Assembly: GCA_963844715.1 (NCBI GenBank) | Contig: CAWJPJ010000007.1 | Location: 736,001 to 800,000 of the forward strand | Length of the DNA: 64,000 nt | Direction: 5' to 3' | Source of the DNA: an uncultured Phycisphaerales bacterium | Lineage (GTDB): Bacteria > Planctomycetota > Phycisphaerae > Tepidisphaerales > Tepidisphaeraceae | Part shown: one piece after another, positions 1-10,376 of the stretch | Numbering within the stretch: position 1 is the stretch's first letter | Layout: each line of letters starts with the position of its first letter | The notes under the pieces: generated by a model | Database searches by the model: none | What the model saw: the letters and a program-made list of their open reading frames with translations, nothing else | Told to the model about the DNA's origin: nothing | Translations under genes and position numbers: made by a program

Positions 1-938
1 AATTCCTGCCGGATCACGATCGCGATATATCCCAAAAGTCCCCCCAGCGCCAGCGACCCGGTGTCTCCCATGATCACCGATGCCGGCTTGCAGTTGAACC
101 ACAAAAAGCCCAGGCACGCTCCGACCATCGCCCCGGCGATCACCGCCATCTGCCCGCTTCCGGGGATCACTGGCATGTACAGATAACTCGCCAGCGGCTC
201 ATTGCCCAAACGATATCCCTGAATCAGGGACAGAATCAGAAACGTGAAACTCACGATCGCCGCGCAGCCCGCCGCCAGGCCGTCTAATCCATCCGTCAAA
301 TTCACCGCATTGCTGGTCCCCGTCAGGACGATCGTCTCCAAAAGGATGAACGCCCCGATCGACAGCGGAATCGCGAGATTCTTGAAGAGCGGGAAATACA
401 GTGTGTGACTATGCACATCCCGGCTGTACTGATAAGTGAAAAACGACAGCAGCACCCCCAGCCCGATCTGAAAGAGGAATTTTTCCAATGAGGTCAGCCC
501 CTGCCGGCTAGTGGCTGTCCCCGGCGGGGCCGACGCCGCCCTTCGATGGCTCGTGAGCTTGAGCCAGTCGTCCACCGCTCCCACGCCCCCCAGCCAGATC
601 AGGCAGATCACCGCCATCCGCACATAGAAGCTGCCCAAATCCGCCAGCAGCAGGGTCGTCAGGGCGATCGCCAGGATGATTAAAATTCCCCCCATCGTCG
701 GCGTCCCGACTTTGCTCCGCATCAGTTCATTCATCTGCTCCTGATCGAAATTCGCCAAATCCCCGATTTTCTGCCGCCGCAGCCAGCGGATGGTCCGCGG
801 GCCAGGCAGCACCACCAGCGCGAAACCCAGAATCACCGCCGCCGTGGATTGAAACGTGACATCGTTGAAAACGCGCAGGAACCCGACATGGTGCGTCTCG
901 AGCCAGAGGTGGTAGTAGCGCACCAGGAGAAATATCAT
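1..938 (-). CDS. mraY: Phospho-N-acetylmuramoyl-pentapeptide transferase (runs off window start)
   Basis: Translated by hand (not in ORF track): MIFLLVRYY...SKVGTPTMGGILI, later GTSNAVNLTDGLDGL and FNCKPASVIMGDTGS MraY motifs; ATG overlaps murF stop (ATGA). Confidence 0.95.
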   Translation of the reverse strand, partial: MIFLLVRYYHLWLETHHVGFLRVFNDVTFQSTAAVILGFALVVLPGPRTIRWLRRQKIGDLANFDQEQMNELMRSKVGTPTMGGILIILAIALTTLLLADLGSFYVRMAVICLIWLGGVGAVDDWLKLTSHRRAASAPPGTATSRQGLTSLEKFLFQIGLGVLLSFFTYQYSRDVHSHTLYFPLFKNLAIPLSIGAFILLETIVLTGTSNAVNLTDGLDGLAAGCAAIVSFTFLILSLIQGYRLGNEPLASYLYMPVIPGSGQMAVIAGAMVGACLGFLWFNCKPASVIMGDTGSLALGGLLGYIAIVIRQE

Positions 939-2335
939 GACGATCGACTTCCCGCCGCTTTGTTCTCATCCTCAATGGCCCGGGCCACCGTTTCCAATCG
1001 CACCGCGCGCGACCCTTTAAGCAAAACCAGGTCGCCGCGGCGCAACCGCCGCGCCAGCGCGCATGCTGCCGCCGCGTCGGGAAAATACTCCACGCGATCT
1101 CCGTCCAGCCCGCTCCTGAGCGCTTCGGCGGCGATCGTCTCCCCCATCGGCCCTACGCAAATCAGCAAATCCGGCGGGAAATCGCGCGCGATGAACCGCC
1201 CGATTGCCTTATGCAGCGATTCCGACTCCGCCCCCAGTTCCTTCATTTCGCCCACCACCGCGACGCGCCGGCCCGCGGGCAGCGCCGCGAGCATTTCCAG
1301 CGCCGCCTTCACCGACGCCGGGTTCGCGTTATACGCATCGTTGAGCACGCGCACTTCCCCCCAGTGCTCCAGCCTCAGCCGCATTTCCGGCCCTCGCGCG
1401 CGGCGCAGATTCGCCAGTATCTTTGTATCGCTCAGCCCCATTTCCCGCCCGATGACGATCGCCGCCAAGGCATTGGCCGCCGAATGCTTCCCCAGCATCG
1501 GCACGAACACCGGCTCATCGATCTGATTCACGCGAAACCGCACCCCCGAGTCGTCAAACGAGATATCCGACGCCCGCAGATCGTTCGTTGCCGCAAATCC
1601 AAACGTCACGCGCCGTCCCTTGAATCGATCCACCGCCTTCACCAGATCCGGATCGTCACCATTCACGAGCAGCAATCCGCCGGGAATCACCGCGTCGATC
1701 AGGCTCGCATTTTCGGTGCGCACACCTTCCAAATCCACAAGCCCTTCGAGATGCTCGGCCGAGCAATTCGTGATCACCGCGATGTCCGGCAGCGCCATCC
1801 GCGCCAGATTGCGAACCTCTCCCGGACGATTCGTGCCGATTTCCAGAACCAGGTAATCCTGAGTCGGATCGGCCGGAAAAATCGACAGCGGGACCCCGAT
1901 GTCGTTGTTAAAGCTCTTGGGCGAGATCGTTCCGCGGAGCGGATCGCACAGCGCCGCGTCGATCAGGTGTTTCGTGCTGGTCTTCCCGTTGCTTCCCGCC
2001 ACGGCGATGATTTTGCTGCGCAGTTGCTGCCGGGCGTAGCGGGCGAGTTTGCCCATCGCCGCCCGCGCATCGGAAACCTGAATCAGATGCATTCCCCGCG
2101 GCGGCGCCTGCGGAATCCGATCGACCAGCGCGGCGACCGCGCCGCCCGCCGCCGCCTGCGATATAAATTCATGCCCGTCGAATCGGTCTCCGCTGATCGC
2201 CACAAACAGCGACACCGGCCGCATTTGGCGCGTGTCGGTGCACACCGACGAAATAAAAACGCCCGCCTCGCGCGCGGACCCGCCGTCCTGTGCGCCCACC
2301 AACTGCCGAAGTCTTTTCAATGATATGGGTCTCAT
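935..2335 (-). CDS. murF: UDP-MurNAc-tripeptide--D-Ala-D-Ala ligase
   Basis: AVAGSNGKTSTK P-loop, SFNNDIGVP, NDAYNANP, LKGSR motifs; lies between murE and mraY. Confidence 0.95.
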   Translation of the reverse strand: MRPISLKRLRQLVGAQDGGSAREAGVFISSVCTDTRQMRPVSLFVAISGDRFDGHEFISQAAAGGAVAALVDRIPQAPPRGMHLIQVSDARAAMGKLARYARQQLRSKIIAVAGSNGKTSTKHLIDAALCDPLRGTISPKSFNNDIGVPLSIFPADPTQDYLVLEIGTNRPGEVRNLARMALPDIAVITNCSAEHLEGLVDLEGVRTENASLIDAVIPGGLLLVNGDDPDLVKAVDRFKGRRVTFGFAATNDLRASDISFDDSGVRFRVNQIDEPVFVPMLGKHSAANALAAIVIGREMGLSDTKILANLRRARGPEMRLRLEHWGEVRVLNDAYNANPASVKAALEMLAALPAGRRVAVVGEMKELGAESESLHKAIGRFIARDFPPDLLICVGPMGETIAAEALRSGLDGDRVEYFPDAAAACALARRLRRGDLVLLKGSRAVRLETVARAIEDENKAAGSRSS

Positions 2336-3798
2336 GCCGTCCCCTTTTCCAGAATTCGTCTGGCTTCTTCCACGTCGTCAAAGTGATGCTTTGTCGTTCC
2401 AACAATTTGGTAATTTTCGTGCCCCTTCCCCGCCAACAACACGACATCTCCGCTTTGGGCATCGGACAAAATCTTCTCGATGGCCTTGCGACGATCGACT
2501 TCCACGTACAGCGGCTTGTGCTTGTCCGATGGAAACCCGGCGATGATCTCCTTGAGAATCGCCGACGGATTTTCCGTCCGCGGATTGTCGCTTGTGATGT
2601 ATACCACATCCGCCAAATCCGCCGCCGCCCGCGCCATCCGCGGCCGCTTGGTCCGGTCGCGATCTCCTCCGCATCCAAATAGCAGCCGCAATCTCCCGCG
2701 AGTCAGCGGCCGCAGCGCCTCCAAAACGTTCTCCAACGCGTCATCGGTATGCGCATAATCCACCAGCACGGCGAATCCCTGGCCCGCCGAAACCTGCTGC
2801 AATCGCCCCGGGGCTCCCTCGGCGTCTCTCAAACCCTCGGCAATCTGCTCCAGCGAAACACCCATCGCTTCCCCCGCCAGCGCCGCCGCCGTCAGCGCGT
2901 TGGCGACATTGTGTTGCCCGATCAATTTCATCTCGACGCGTTTTGTTCCGCCCGGCGCATTCAAGAGAAACCGCGTTCCGTGGCTGCTGAGTTCAATCTC
3001 GTCGGCAAACCAATCCGCCGGCTCCGATAATCCGAACCGCACCACCCGCCCCCGGCAATCTCGCGTCATCCGCGCCGACCATTCGTCCTTCGCATTCACC
3101 ACGGCGACTGCCGATTCATCCAGCATCTCGAACAGCCGTGCTTTTGCCGCGGCGTATTCGTCCATCGTCCCGTGATAATCCAGATGGTCCCCGGTGAGAT
3201 TCGTAAACGCTCCGGCCGCGAATTTCACGTCCGCCACGCGCCCCTGGTGCAGGGCATGGCTCGACGTCTCCATGACGCACGCGGAGCATCCATGGTCGCG
3301 CATGGCCGCCAAAAGCGCCGCGATCTGAATCGCCCCCGGCGTCGTCAGCCCGGACTCAGCTACTTTCTGCCCGTCGTCGATTTCCACCGTTCCCATCAGC
3401 CCGCATTTTTGTCCGCCGATTTTCAGAAGATGCCGAACCAGATATGCCGTCGTCGTTTTCCCGTTGGTCCCGGTGATCCCGATCACGCGCAGCTTCTCCG
3501 AAGGGTTTCCGTGAAAGATATGAGCCAATCGCGAACCGGCCCGCCCGGCGTCGACGACGTGGATTTGCGCCAGCGGGCAATTTTCCATCGGCTGATCCGT
3601 CGCCACCGCCACCGCGCCGCGCCGGCACGCCTGGTTCACGAATTTCGTTCCATCCGTCGACGGACCCGATCGCGCAATGAACAAATCCCCCGGCTGAACC
3701 AGCCGGGAGTCGTCACAAATCCCATCGATCGGAAAATTCGACAGACCCGCTAACGAAATGCCCGGATCAAACTCACGAAGGAGTTCGTGCAGGAGCAT
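2332..3798 (-). CDS. murE: UDP-MurNAc-dipeptide--meso-DAP ligase
   Basis: GITGTNGKTT, FTNLTGDHLDYH, VDYAHT, GCGGDRD and DNPR (meso-DAP specificity motif), AGKGHE. Confidence 0.96.
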   Translation of the reverse strand: MLLHELLREFDPGISLAGLSNFPIDGICDDSRLVQPGDLFIARSGPSTDGTKFVNQACRRGAVAVATDQPMENCPLAQIHVVDAGRAGSRLAHIFHGNPSEKLRVIGITGTNGKTTTAYLVRHLLKIGGQKCGLMGTVEIDDGQKVAESGLTTPGAIQIAALLAAMRDHGCSACVMETSSHALHQGRVADVKFAAGAFTNLTGDHLDYHGTMDEYAAAKARLFEMLDESAVAVVNAKDEWSARMTRDCRGRVVRFGLSEPADWFADEIELSSHGTRFLLNAPGGTKRVEMKLIGQHNVANALTAAALAGEAMGVSLEQIAEGLRDAEGAPGRLQQVSAGQGFAVLVDYAHTDDALENVLEALRPLTRGRLRLLFGCGGDRDRTKRPRMARAAADLADVVYITSDNPRTENPSAILKEIIAGFPSDKHKPLYVEVDRRKAIEKILSDAQSGDVVLLAGKGHENYQIVGTTKHHFDDVEEARRILEKGTA

Positions 3799-3945
3799 GG
3801 GACATCCCTTTCCCGCATTCTGAGCTGCATCCTACAGCGCCAGGCGGGCCTAGCCCGCGAGGTCCATTTTACCCGTAAAGTGCCCCCATGCAATGAATGA
3901 GACCGCGGGCGCGGACCAATTTTGCGTTTTCCCTACAACGTCCTG

Positions 3946-5360
3946 CTAACCCAGATAGACGCTTTCGCCCCTTTTAATCTGCTTGATTGGCAATGGTCGC
4001 GCCTTCAAATCCTCCGCCGTCAGCGCAAACATCGGAGAGATCTCGATCAGCGTGTCCTGCTCCGATAAATCGTTCGCCACCTCGACCCCTGCTCCGCGCA
4101 GCCAGCGCGCCGCCCGCTTCACCTGGTCCCATCGACAAGTCTGCGGCGAGTTATTCCCCTCCGCATTCTTCACCGGCGAGAATTCCTCTTCGCGCGGTCG
4201 TCGCGTACAAAATCGCGTTCTTCGCCAGCGGAATCGCGTCGAACACAAATTGCTCCAGCTTTACCGCGTTGGGTTTTTCCGGCTTGATGACCTCGCCTTG
4301 CGCGTCCACGAACGGCACTTTCTTTTCCGCCCGATGCCACGGCAGATTCAACCGTCCGCCCGCATTAAGCTGCTCGATGAAATTCACCCGCAGGGCGTGG
4401 ATCGCGATCGATGCCGCATTCAAATAGGGCGTCCCATCGCTTCGCATCCGCTGCGCCAGTTCCTCGGGCAGATCGCTGTACTCGATCACCTGCAATACGC
4501 CGTCCCCCGTCACGAAATTTCCCACCTTTTCGTGGGCATTCGCTTTGGCGATCGTCTTGCTCGACATCTCGCTGCCCGTCAGGTCATGCAATCCCAAAAA
4601 TAGCGGATCGATGCAATGTACCAGTGGATTATCGACCTGGAAATAGGAAAGATGCTCGACTCCCCGCCGCCGCATGTCTTCCAAGGCTCCCGATCGTTTC
4701 AGAGCGCTCAAACTTCCGCCGTGCCCGTCCGGCGAAAGCGCCAGCGAATCCTTCTCCGCCAGCAGCAGTCGCCCGTCCAGCGAAAACGCCGGCATCATCC
4801 CCTGCTGAAAAAAGAAAACCGCCTGCTCGTCGTATCCGAAGAATTGATGCTTCTGGAAAAAAGCCTGCGTCGGGATGTCATTGATGTCGCTGGTCATGAT
4901 GTACCAGGGAATCACGCTGCCCGCATCGCAGGCTGTGGGCCCGAAGCTGCTCGGCAAAAACCTGGAAAAGCGATTTGTTCTTCACCGGCGTGATCGGATA
5001 TTCCCCCTTCGGCCCGTCATATCCGAGCCGCGTCCCTTGTCCCCCGGCGACCAGAAATGCCGCGATCTTCCCCTCCGCAAGCAGCTCGCGCCCGCGCTTC
5101 CGCGCTTGCTCATAGAACTCCCGCTGCGCCGCGTCCGGCACGCGTGGATACGCCTTGCCCGGCTGGATATCCTTCGGCAGCACGATCGCCGGCTTGTGCT
5201 TCACATATTTCTTCGACAGCTCCGCGATGTTATCCAGGTCCAGCGCCTGCAACTGTCCGACCAGCCGCTTGCGCGCTCCGAGGTCCAGCGAGGAATGGAA
5301 CCGCAATACAGGTTCCTGACCGATCGAACTTAATTTTTTACGCAGTGGCGTGATGTCCAT
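3946..5360 (-). CDS. UDPGP type-1 family (eukaryote-like UDP-GlcNAc/UDP-hexose pyrophosphorylase); two apparent frameshifts (~4940, ~4192)
   Basis: Three consecutive ORF pieces carry LVAGGQGTRLG..GPKG, SPDGHGG, QVDNPL, IEYSD, KLEQFVFD, REEEFSPVKNA motifs. Confidence 0.88.
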
Positions 5361-5461
5361 GCAAGTTTCTTCCGCTCAACCTGTAGAAATAGCGGAACGA
5401 AGCGGCGCTGGCAACTTCCGCACTCTTGACCGCCAGCGGCAAGTTGCGAACATGGCATCTC

Positions 5462-6475
5462 ATGTCCGGTCGACTCGCCTGGTTAGCGCTGGCGGCTATC
5501 TGTCTGGCGGCCGCTCCGTGGACTCCGCCCCCGGATGGCGTCCTAACCGAATCTCAACTTCAGTCCTACATCAGCGCCACCCGCGATTGGCAAATCCAAA
5601 ACTCCCAAATTGCCGATGCCCTCGCGGGCGCCACGACGGATGCGGAAAGATCGGCAGTTCTTGCCGGCCTGACCTCCAAGCGCCAGGCTTGCCTCGATCG
5701 CTGCCATTTATCCGAAGCCGAATACACATGGATCGCCCGCCGCGCCACCGACGCCTGGACTGTCGCCGCGGACAACGTCGTCCCCTACGACACGCAGATC
5801 GCCGATCGAGACGCCCAATGCAATATTCAGATAAAACTCGCGCAGGCTCGCAAGGCGACCTACGAAGAGGCCCTGAAGGATTGCCGCCGCGTTCTTTCCC
5901 CCGAAGACCGCGCTGCGGCGATCAGAACCGCGCAATCCGACGAAAAATCATACCTTGAAGAATCCAGGCAGCGCGACGAAGAAGCCCTGATTGCCGCGAG
6001 GGAAGCCGTTCGCGACGACGCCCACGCCAAGGCTGCCGACGCCCAGGCGAACGGTCCGCCCCCGGACATATCCGCTGAATATCGATCCGATTTTATGAAG
6101 CAAATGCGGCTTGCAGCGCAGGTGAACCGCGACGCGGCCGCTGCGGCCCGCGCTCGCACGATCGTCGTCGGGGAAGGGCGCGACACCGCGATCGCCAAGG
6201 CTGCGCTGGCCGCCCAAATCGCTTTTGATCCCACGGTTCCCCTGACCGACGAGGACAAAGCCGCCGTCTGTTCCGACGATAGGTCCGCCATTGCTGAGGC
6301 GCAATGCGAAATCGAGGAGTGCACCCAGGACCTCCGCCGCGACGCCGAAGTCAGATCAGAAATGCGGCAAGCCGCCCAAAAACTTCAGGATTCCATCCCG
6401 CCCCAGAATATCGAACTGATGCAAATGCACTACAAGGAATTCGTCGACCTTTTCAGTCCCTCTGTGCAGCCGTAA
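5462..6475 (+). CDS. Exported alpha-helical hypothetical protein
   Basis: ORF 5426-6475; ATG 5462 gives signal-peptide-like MSGRLAWLALAAICLAAA, followed by Ala/Gln/Glu-rich coiled-coil-like sequence. Confidence 0.6.
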   Translation: MSGRLAWLALAAICLAAAPWTPPPDGVLTESQLQSYISATRDWQIQNSQIADALAGATTDAERSAVLAGLTSKRQACLDRCHLSEAEYTWIARRATDAWTVAADNVVPYDTQIADRDAQCNIQIKLAQARKATYEEALKDCRRVLSPEDRAAAIRTAQSDEKSYLEESRQRDEEALIAAREAVRDDAHAKAADAQANGPPPDISAEYRSDFMKQMRLAAQVNRDAAAAARARTIVVGEGRDTAIAKAALAAQIAFDPTVPLTDEDKAAVCSDDRSAIAEAQCEIEECTQDLRRDAEVRSEMRQAAQKLQDSIPPQNIELMQMHYKEFVDLFSPSVQP

Positions 6476-6476
6476 C

Positions 6477-6936
6477 TCACCGGGTCTCAAACAGAAATTC
6501 CACTTCCACCGCAGCGTTCAAAGGCAAAGCGTTCGTCCCCACCGCGGCCCGCGCATGCCGCCCCCGATCTCCCAGCGCCTGCTGCAATAATTCGCTCGCG
6601 CCATTGGCGACTTTCGCCTGCTCCGAAAAATCCGCATCCGATTGAACGAAAACCCCAATGCGCACCACGCGCGAAAAGCCTTTCCCAATCTCCCAGCTCC
6701 GCCAGCACGATCGCCAGGGCATTGACGGCACACTGTCCCGCCGCCTTTTGCGCCAGCTCAATGGAAACGCTCGACGGCACCTTCCCCGTCGCCAGCAGTT
6801 TCCCATCCCGCATCGGCAGTTGCCCGCTGACAAACAGGAGATTCCCGGTCCTGACCGCCGGCACATAAGCCGCGATCGGCTTGGGAGCCGCAGGCAGCGT
6901 CCAACCCAATTCCGTGAGTTTCTGCGCAATATCCAT
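6477..6936 (-). CDS. RidA/YjgF family protein; apparent frameshift ~6675
   Basis: [24 protein letters not shown] joined across frames to [26 protein letters not shown]. Start may be 6945 instead. Confidence 0.85.
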
Positions 6937-7327
6937 GCCGGGCATTATATTCTCCTCCGCCATGAAACACCGCTCCCGCTCTCCCGGCGCCTCGCGCAAA
7001 TATCACGATCGCGTCGCCAAAAAGTACGATGCGATTTACGACGACGATTACTGGCGTTTCCATGACCGCCTGACCTGGGACGCCATCAAACCCCATCTCC
7101 CGCGCGACGCCAATGCCCGCTGCTGCGACCTCGGCTGCGGCACCGGAAAGTGGGGCCTCAAAGTCCTGAAAAGCGGCTTCCCCACAACGTTTGTCGACAA
7201 CTCCGCGGCGATGATCGAGCAAACCCGGGCCAAGCTCGAAGCTTTCGGCCCCCGCGCGAAATCCGCCACGCTGCTCGTCGCCGACATCGTCGAACTCGCC
7301 GGTTTGGAACCCGACCAGTTCGATTTA

Positions 7328-8221
7328 GAGCCTCTAACAAAAATGCGAATGAAGCCTGTTCCAACAGATCATTGCCTCACCCACGGTCATGAACGCGGCG
7401 TGGATGTCGGGCCGTTTTTCGTAACGGACTCGCAGTCGGCGATTCTGATGCAACCAACTCAGCGTACGCTCCACCGGCCAGCGGGTTTTGCCAAGACCAC
7501 TTCCGTGCGGGCGGTTGCGTCGGGCCAGCAACGGGCGGCTGCCACGCTGACGCAACGCCTTTCGGTGCGGTTCGGAGTGATACGCCCGGTCTCCCTGCAC
7601 CACCTCGAACCGCCAGCGCGGCCGGCCCGGTTTGCCCGAGACCTTTGGAATCGCATCGATCAGCGGCAGCAGTTGCGTGATGTCGTGGCGGTTGGCCGCC
7701 GTCAGGAGGGCAACCATCGGCGTGCCGTTGCCATCGGTCAATACATGGTGCTTGGAACCGTTTTTCCTGCGATCTACCGGGCTCGGACCCGTTTTTTTCC
7801 CCCGTGCACGGCCCGCACGGAAGCAGAATCCACCAAGGCCCGCGACCAGTCGATGGCATTCGACCGCCGCAATCGATTCAGCAATAGTCCGTGCAGCTTC
7901 GTCCAAACCCCACGATGGTTCCAATCGCGCAGTCGACGCCAGCAACTCATGCCGCTGCCGCATCCCATCTCCTGGGGAAGGTATTCCCACGGAATGCCGG
8001 TTTTGAGCACGAACAGAATACCCGACAACGCCGCGCGATCGTCCAGCGGCGGCCGGCCGCGCTTTCCTGGACCACTGCGGTGCTTGGGAAGCAGGGGTCG
8101 GATCAACTCCCAAAGCTCGTCGGTCACCAACGGCTTGGTCATAAAGCCCTCCATGGCTAAGACCAAGCCGTATTGTCCGATCAACCATAAACATGGGGAA
8201 GTGCATTTTTGTTAGAGGCTC
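7328..8221 (-). mobile_element. IS5-family insertion sequence (IS427-like two-ORF type), 894 bp
   Basis: Perfect 19-bp terminal inverted repeats GAGCCTCTAACAAAAATGC (7328-7346 / 8203-8221); TTA target duplication (7325-7327, 8222-8224). Confidence 0.95.
7334..8142 (-). CDS. IS5-family transposase, probable programmed -1 frameshift at GGGGGAAAAAAAC (~7791-7803)
   Basis: OrfA MTKPLVTDELWELIRPLLP..GILFVLKTGIPW..VDSASVRA; OrfB GSKHHVLTDGNG..GDRAY..RWPVERTLSWL..RRLRVRYEK; stop codon lies in the inverted repeat. Confidence 0.92.
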
Positions 8222-8673
8222 TTAGTCTTGGCGATGGGCGATCCCCTCTCGATCTGTTCCGACCCGCAAAAAGCCGCCAGACAGATTCACAGAATCTGCC
8301 GCCCCGGCGCAACCATCATCGCCACAGCCGACAACCAACTGGCGGCAACAGATTATTACCTGCAAAAAGGCGACCTGGATGGCCTGGAAACCCTCCTCCG
8401 GACCGGCCGCACCCGCTGGCTTACCGCCGACATCGAAGAACAATTCGAATTGACGACTTTCGCGCCCGGCAGTTTGAGAAGTCTATTCGAGCGAGCCGGT
8501 TTCAACGTCCAACGCATCACCGGAAAGACAATCCTCCCCATCCGTCAGTACAAGGAGCTTCTGGCAGACCCGGCAGCGTTCGATCGATTATTGAGATTGG
8601 AAAGCGATCTAGAAAAGGAACCCGAAGCCGCCGCTCGCGCATCTCATCTGCAAATCACGGCGAAGAAAATATA

Positions 8674-8708
8674 GCCACTGGCCACTGACAACTCGCAACT
8701 GGCAACTA
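8674..8708. repeat. Tandem 7-bp repeat (GCAACTG-type, 5 units)
   Basis: GCCACTG GCCACTG ACAACTC GCAACTG GCAACTA fills the gap between two convergent genes. Confidence 0.75.
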
Positions 8709-8712
8709 TTCT

Positions 8713-9258
8713 TCACATCTTCGGCGCCACATCCCCATACCCCGGCGGCCGGGGCTTCCTCCCCACCTGCGTGCTGAACGTCTGCAAATACGCAATCCAC
8801 ATCATCGACAGCCCGTACGTGTACGCCCCCTGGATTACCTGATCCATGTAGTGCTGCGTCGGCGGAATGTGGTATTTCTCGACCGAGACGCCCTGATATG
8901 TGATTGCCCGAACCGGTTCCCCCTTGCCCAGCGGCGCAACCGTCAATTCCAGCCGCCGGTACAGCCCGATTTCCTTCTGCGTCGAGTCCTCGAATTTCCG
9001 TCCCACCTTGGCGTCCAGAATCTTCAAATCGGTCTCGGACATGTCAAACAGCGCCCCGGCTACGTATTTCCCCGGATCGTAAACGATGTCCGCGATACCG
9101 CCCCCAAAATATTCGCTGAAGATGGGGAAGCACAGCCGGTAATTATCCAGCACCGCCGGCCGTCCCGCTTTCATTGGGGGCGGACGATGTCCGTGGTGGC
9201 GGCTCCACTCCGCCACCGCCTGGGAGTTCAAGTTCGACCCATACGCGAAATACCACAT
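8713..9258 (-). CDS. Gamma-glutamylcyclotransferase family protein
   Basis: N-terminal YFAYGSNL motif; GGIADIV..VAGALF..LD; C-terminal PTQHY..VIQGA. Confidence 0.8.
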   Translation of the reverse strand: MWYFAYGSNLNSQAVAEWSRHHGHRPPPMKAGRPAVLDNYRLCFPIFSEYFGGGIADIVYDPGKYVAGALFDMSETDLKILDAKVGRKFEDSTQKEIGLYRRLELTVAPLGKGEPVRAITYQGVSVEKYHIPPTQHYMDQVIQGAYTYGLSMMWIAYLQTFSTQVGRKPRPPGYGDVAPKM

Positions 9259-9350
9259 GGTTTGCGCTCGTCATTCTTGCGAAATCAGGCGGGAAATCAA
9301 AAAACGGGCTGATCCGTCCGCTAAACCGCTCGTTTCCGGCGTGAATGCTA

Positions 9351-10376
9351 GAGCATTTCCCATTTTAAACTAGCGCCATCGATGCTGTTTTGCTAATCTC
9401 CGATTCAACAAGGAGGTTGCCATGGCATCGCAAACCGCTCTGACCCGTCGATGGATCATGTCGGCGTATCGTGCCGGCAAAGGCACGAAGGAGATTTCCG
9501 CGATCTTCGGCCGATGCGAGTCGGCCGTCCGCCGCGTGCGACAGGATGAACGTGAACGGGGGACGGCCGAACCGCTGCTTCATCTTCGTGGCCGCAAGGG
9601 GAAGTTGACCGGCGAGTTGAAGACTCGTTTGAGTCGGTTCGTGGCCGCCCGGCCGGATGCCACGCTCAACGAGATCAAAGAGAAGTTGGCGCTGGACGTG
9701 TCGCTGTCGACGGTCGACCGTTGGCTCAGGAAGCTGGGCCTCTCCTTTAAAAAAAGTCTCTCCACGCGTCCGAGCAGGATCGGCCCGACGTCGCCGCCGC
9801 GCGGACGCAGTGGCGTCGGCGGCTGAAGGACGTCGATCCCGAGCGTCTTGTTTTTGTGGATGAATCCGGGGCCAAGACGAACTTCACCCGATTGCGTGGC
9901 CGGTGCGGCCGCGGCGAACGGTTGTTGTGCAAGACCCCGGCCGGACACTGGAGCACGACCACCATGATCGCCGCGGTTCGGCTCGACGGCGCGACCGCCG
10001 GCGCGATTGTTCAAGGGGCGATGGACAGCGATGTTTTTGTCGCCTGGGTGCGTGAAGCGCTCGTGCCCAGCCTGCGAAGCGGGGACATCGTGGTGATGGA
10101 CAATTTGCAGCCGCACAAACATTCAGAAGTGCGACGCCTGATCGAAGCCGCCGGCTGCGAACTGTGGTTGCTGCCACCCTACTCGCCGGATTTGAATCCG
10201 ATCGAGATGATGTGGAGCAAAGCGAAGCAACTGATCCGCTCGGCGGAGCCCAGAACGTTCGACACCTTGGTCCGGGCTGTGTTCGCGGCAATGGACGCCG
10301 TTACGACCGAAGATGCCGCGGGATTTTTCCGCCATTGCGGTTACCGCCAGCCGCTAGTTTAATTTGGGAAATGCTC
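9351..10376 (+). mobile_element. IS630-family insertion sequence, ~1026 bp
   Basis: Terminal inverted repeats GAGCATTTCCCA-NN-TTAAACTAGCG (2 mismatches); TA duplication (9349-9350, 10377-10378) at a CTAG target. Confidence 0.93.
9422..10362 (+). CDS. IS630 transposase, probable programmed -1 frameshift at TTTAAAAAAAG (~9746-9756)
   Basis: HTH OrfA (..RPDATLNE..LGLSFKK) continues in the -1 frame KSLHASEQDRPDV..VFVDESG..VMDNL..H..LPPYSPDLNPIE (DDE). Confidence 0.92.

Larger units (their letters stand above)
6962..8674 (+). pseudogene. Class I SAM-dependent methyltransferase interrupted by an IS5 element
   Basis: N-half 6962-7327 (DLGCGTG motif I, ends DQFDL) and C-half 8225-8674 (VLAMGDPLS...) rejoin in frame (271 aa) when 7328-8224 is removed. 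Confidence 0.9.

Noticed and set aside
6881..8215. 444-aa methyltransferase ORF with a novel C-terminus
   Set aside because: The C-terminal part is the antisense strand of the IS5 transposase.
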